From Eledone cirrhosa (lineage: Eukaryota), in contig OZ024740.1 of NCBI GenBank assembly GCA_964016885.1, positions 176,576,001 through 176,640,000 on the forward strand: a stretch of 64,000 nucleotides of DNA, given 5' to 3'. Position 1 is the first letter of the stretch; each line of letters opens with the position of its first letter. Positions 59,742-64,000 of the stretch are shown piece after piece. The translations under genes were made by a program, and so were the position numbers. The notes below the pieces were generated by a model. That model was not told where the DNA came from. It ran no database searches and worked only from the letters and a program-made list of their open reading frames with translations.

Positions 59742-60276
59742 ATGGAAAGAAAGAAAGAAAAAAAAAGAAAGAAAATATACACATATATATAGTGAGAAAT
59801 AGAGCGAAGCGAAGCAGTTTTGGTATGCAAAAATACAAAGACAATGTATGTTGGAAATTGTACGAAGTCTTCGTGCTGGTTAAAATAACAAAATTTATAA
59901 TGACAATGGATTAATTAATATAATGTTGACGATGATGATGGTGGTGTTAGTGATGATAATGATGATGATGATGATGATGATAAAAATCATGGAGATGATC
60001 ATGATGGTGATGATCTCCATGATAGTGGTGATAATTGTGAGGATGTCGATGGTGATAATCTTGATGACTATGATGATGATTATTATTATGGTGATATTGG
60101 GATCTCAATGATAGCGATGACAACATTGACGATGATGGTGATGATGATGATTATAATGCTAATAATAATGAGGGAATGATGACTTAATGTTTATAATAGT
60201 GATGAAGACGAAGGTGTTGCAGAAAATAAATAATTTTGATAACAATATTATCTGTGGTATTAATTCCCATTTTAGA

Positions 60277-60342
<66 letters not shown>

Positions 60343-60794
60343 AAGGTGGTGGTGGTGGTGAAGGTGATGATAATGATGATGGTGGTGGTGGTGGATTTGG
60401 TGGTGGTGGTGAAGGTGATGATAATGATGATGGCGGCAGCAGTGGTGGTGGTGGTGGTGGATTTGGTGGTGGTAGTGGTGCTTCAGTAGAAGAACGGAAG
60501 AAGTATAATAATGTTAATGATGATGATGATGATGATGATACTGCTACTGCTTATATTGATGATGAGAATGACGACGATGATCATCTATATCTGATAAATA
60601 GCTACTGAAAAAGTCATGTGATACTCATGCAAATTGCAAATCTAAGTGTTATAGGACTGCAGAAAAACAGTAGTACACGTTGAGATTTAGGACGAGTCGA
60701 AATCGATGTATTGGTGACGGTCCATTGCACAATACATGAGAGGGATATATTTTGGCTGTTGACAAACGACTTTAACTGCTCGTGTGACCGAAAT

Positions 60795-61115
60795 GGGATT
60801 CCTCCGAAGGATTTTGGAGTAACGTTACTCGATAAAGTGCGTAACTCGGAGATCAGAGAGTCATTCTAGGTAGAGCCGCTACTTCTCCGAATTGAGAGAT
60901 CACAGCTCCGATACTATGGGCATGTGGTTAGAATGTCTCGGAAAAGAATCGCTGGACTGAATTTACGGGCAAACCCAAACGGTAAGAGACCCAGGAGTAA
61001 ACCGCGAGCAAGATGGTTGGATAACATACAACCATCCATGAGTCTGACTGGTCTCCCTTGGAAATCCAGCCGGCTCAGTTGGAGACGGTTGCTTCAGACA
61101 GGATCCATTGGATGG
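60795..61115 (+). mobile_element. RTE-clade LINE 3' fragment
   Basis: Reverse-complement homolog of 40450-40750 (QLRYYGHVVRM..GKRPRSKPRARWLDNI). Confidence 0.8.
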
Positions 61116-61174
61116 AGTGTTTGGGAAATTTGGGAAATACGTGGGAAATACGACCATTTGGGAAATACGTGGGA

Positions 61175-61207
<33 letters not shown>

Positions 61208-61209
<2 letters not shown>

Positions 61210-63859
61210 TTTTCTTTATTAACCAAAAGGGTTTACGTAAAGTAGACATTAAGGACAGTACAGGACAATACAGGACGGTACAAATGGGCATTTCGGCGTG
61301 GAAAAAAAACAGAGGATGTAATAAAATAACAAAGAAAAATTCCCCAATAGGGGGAGACTTCCGAGGGACATTTGTGGAGAAAGCCCATTAAAAGACCACG
61401 GTGACCCTGACCCCCAGGGCAAGTGCCCTTTCCCAGTTTTCCACCTTTAATTTACAGACAAATACTCAGAGTAGGCCCATTCACTCGGGCCATCCTTGCT
61501 TCTCTCACCCATCTTTCAAAAAAATGCTGGGAAGAGAGCACTTCCCTCTCTACCCTGATTTTCCTTTTCAAATGAAATATGAAAAAGTTAATCAGGGCAT
61601 CACCGAAGAGGTAAGTGCTCGTCTTCAGCCCTTTCAAACGTGTCCACCATACTATCTCTTTCGCCATGGCCACCAGACAGATAAAAACTGCCTGCCCTTC
61701 CTGGCTAAAGGAAGAGGGCGGGGAAATCCTCACGATGGACTCAGCTGATAGCCGGATCCGTCCTACACGTGACAGCAGGTGTTCGACATAAACCCACAAG
61801 TCAGCAATGCTCAGACACTGGACGAGTGCGTGCAGGACGGTTTCGTCGCCCTGCGCGCATCTCGGACATGCCCGGCTGACGGCACATCCATGCCTGTAGA
61901 GTTTATCTCGAACTGGCAAAGCTCCTAGGTAACACTGCCAGGCCAGGGATTTCTGGAAGTTGTCCATAGGCCCCGGCCCGAAAGTCCTTCCGAAGAGATT
62001 GGCTAGTTGATTTTCGTCGACGCCTAGAGTTTCTCCAAGTACGTCGTCGCCCTTCCCCTCCACTAATCCTCTATAGAACGCGAAGGTGGAGTTTCCACCG
62101 ATCACATTGCCCGATTGGTCGAGGGCTGTTAGCGCCTGAAGACATTCCAGTCTCCAAGCGCTCCCTCTCGGTCTTCGCTTGACCCAGGACTGCAGCTCCG
62201 TCAAGGAGACGAGCTGGGGAAAGACGTGTCTATCAAACAATGACCACACCTGATCACCGTGGAGGAAGAGGTGGAGATGTCGTAGCCTGAGCGCGTGTCT
62301 GCGCATCATCAGCCACGGGATGTCCAGCCCTCCACGTAGCGGATGTTGACAGCAGATGGACCGCCTGACCATCGGAGCGCGTCCCTTCCACAAAAAGCGA
62401 AAGAGCAAACGCTCCAGCGCAGTCAGGCGAGGCTTAGGACAAGGTACGACGGTCAGGCGGTAGTAGATGACGGACGCGATGTACGCGTTAGCCACCTCCG
62501 CTCGACCTTTCAGGGATAGCTTCCTCTGCGCCCATTTCTCGGTGAGAGAAGCCACCCTGCTCGTCACCTCGTCCCAGTTTTTGTCCGTCTGGAGGTACGG
62601 ACCGAACCAGACCCCTAGCAATTTAACCGGTCCGTCCGTCCAGCGCCCGACGTCGCTGTTGGACGGCATGGACCTGCTTCTCCAGGTGCCGATCTGCAGG
62701 CCCACTGACTTTTCCTGGTTGATCATTGCTCCTGTCACCGCTTCGTATTCTCTTAGTGTAGTACCAATCGCCTCGATGTGTTTGGCGTTCGACACCACTC
62801 CGCATATGCTGACATGGATCTTCCGCATCCTAGTTCGTGCGGGACACCCCTCAACGTCTCCAGTTTGTGCAGTAATAGCTCGAGAGTCAATACGTACAAG
62901 AGGGACGAGAGAGGACATCCTTGGCGGACCGAGCGCATGATGTTGAACGGTTCCGAAAGGTGACCGTTCACTCTCACCACAGAGCAGATGTCGCTGTGCA
63001 TGGCAGCGATCCAGCCTCTGAAGACGGGCCCAAATCCGGCCTCCCTCAGGACTGCTGCTAGGTAACGATGGTCGACCCTATCGAAAGCTTTCGACTGATC
63101 TAAATTGATCAAGGACCCACCCGTGCCAGGTTCCCTAGCTACCCTCTCTACGATGTATCGCATGAGGTGGAGGTTGTCGTAGATGGATCTGTCGGGAATC
63201 GCGCACGTCTGCGCCTCTCCCACCAGACCACCAACGACAAGCGCCAACCTCTTTGCTAGCACCCTGGCCAAAATCTTGAAGTCTGTGTTTAGCAGAGTTA
63301 TGGGCCTGAAATTATCTATGTTATCCCTCTTGTTCGGATCCTTTCTCAGCAGCGCCACAGCTCCTCGGCTCACAGAGCTGGAAATTCTCCCGTTCTGTTG
63401 CCAGTTGCAGTAGACGTCCGCCAAGAGGCCTCCGAACAAGTCTGGCATCTGTACGTAAAGTTCATAGAGCAGACCATCCAAACCAGGCGATTTACCCCTT
63501 GTGCAGCCAGTCATTGCCTCCCGCAACACTCCGCCTCAGTGGCTGAGAGCCGCGGCACTCCGTCGAGGTAGACACTAAAGACCATCCCTCGATCCGGCCC
63601 GCCGCTGCCCCCGAACAGCTGTGCGAAGTGTCGCTGAAAAGCTTCACACATTTGCCCGGGATCGAGTAGCATGCGCCCGTCGTGGTCCACCAAAGACCGG
63701 ATCGTGGCTTTGTGGCCACGACGCGCCTCCGCCACTCGGGCCCATTGCACGGCTTTCGTCCCCTCGTGTCTGAGAGCACGCACCCTAGCTCTGACAACGC
63801 AGCCTTCGTGCTTTGCATTGAAGAATTGGTCAAGGGCCAATTTCGCCGCAAGTACGTCG
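61208..63859 (-). mobile_element. Tx1-like LINE ORF2 (RT plus zf-RVT), 5'-truncated, second subfamily, in (AAT)n
   Basis: Frameshifted ORFs 63511-63840, 62753-63529 and 61452-62918 encode KSPGLDGL, NFRPITLLNTDFKILARVLA, LDQSKAFDRVDH, VRQGCPLS and CPRC..ETVLHALVQC. (AAT)n on both sides. Confidence 0.93.
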
Positions 63860-63926
<67 letters not shown>

Positions 63927-64000
63927 AAGGAGGATAAATGGTGCTAAATCGAAACCATTAAGTGTAGGAGTCGGACTCCGCCACATGTGCATATTGTGAC

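Overview
AT-rich, microsatellite-saturated eukaryotic DNA, most likely an octopus or other coleoid cephalopod (inferred from the SINE types and the extreme (TA)n/(CA)n density). Almost all ORFs in the supplied track are microsatellite artefacts. One host gene is supported: an achaete-scute-family bHLH factor with exon 1 CDS at 16643-17137 (+, GTAAGT donor) and a plausible in-phase terminal exon at 59376-59453, which implies a ~42-kb intron. The rest is mobile DNA: tRNA-derived SINEs, Tx1-, RTE-, CR1- and RLE-type LINE fragments, and two Penelope-like GIY-YIG remnants. The main hidden signal is a dense set of small non-coding elements sitting in (TA)n tracts. They carry type I hammerhead ribozymes (about 20 readable cores from roughly 10 sequence families, some with compensatory changes, two families with a U3-A8 variant core) and are often arranged as fold-back palindromes. 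Two related units (467 and 431 nt) are tandem or circularly permuted, have one hammerhead per monomer and share an octamer motif, so they look like a retrozyme/circular-RNA system probably mobilised by Penelope-like elements. All ribozyme calls were folded by eye; activity is not demonstrated.
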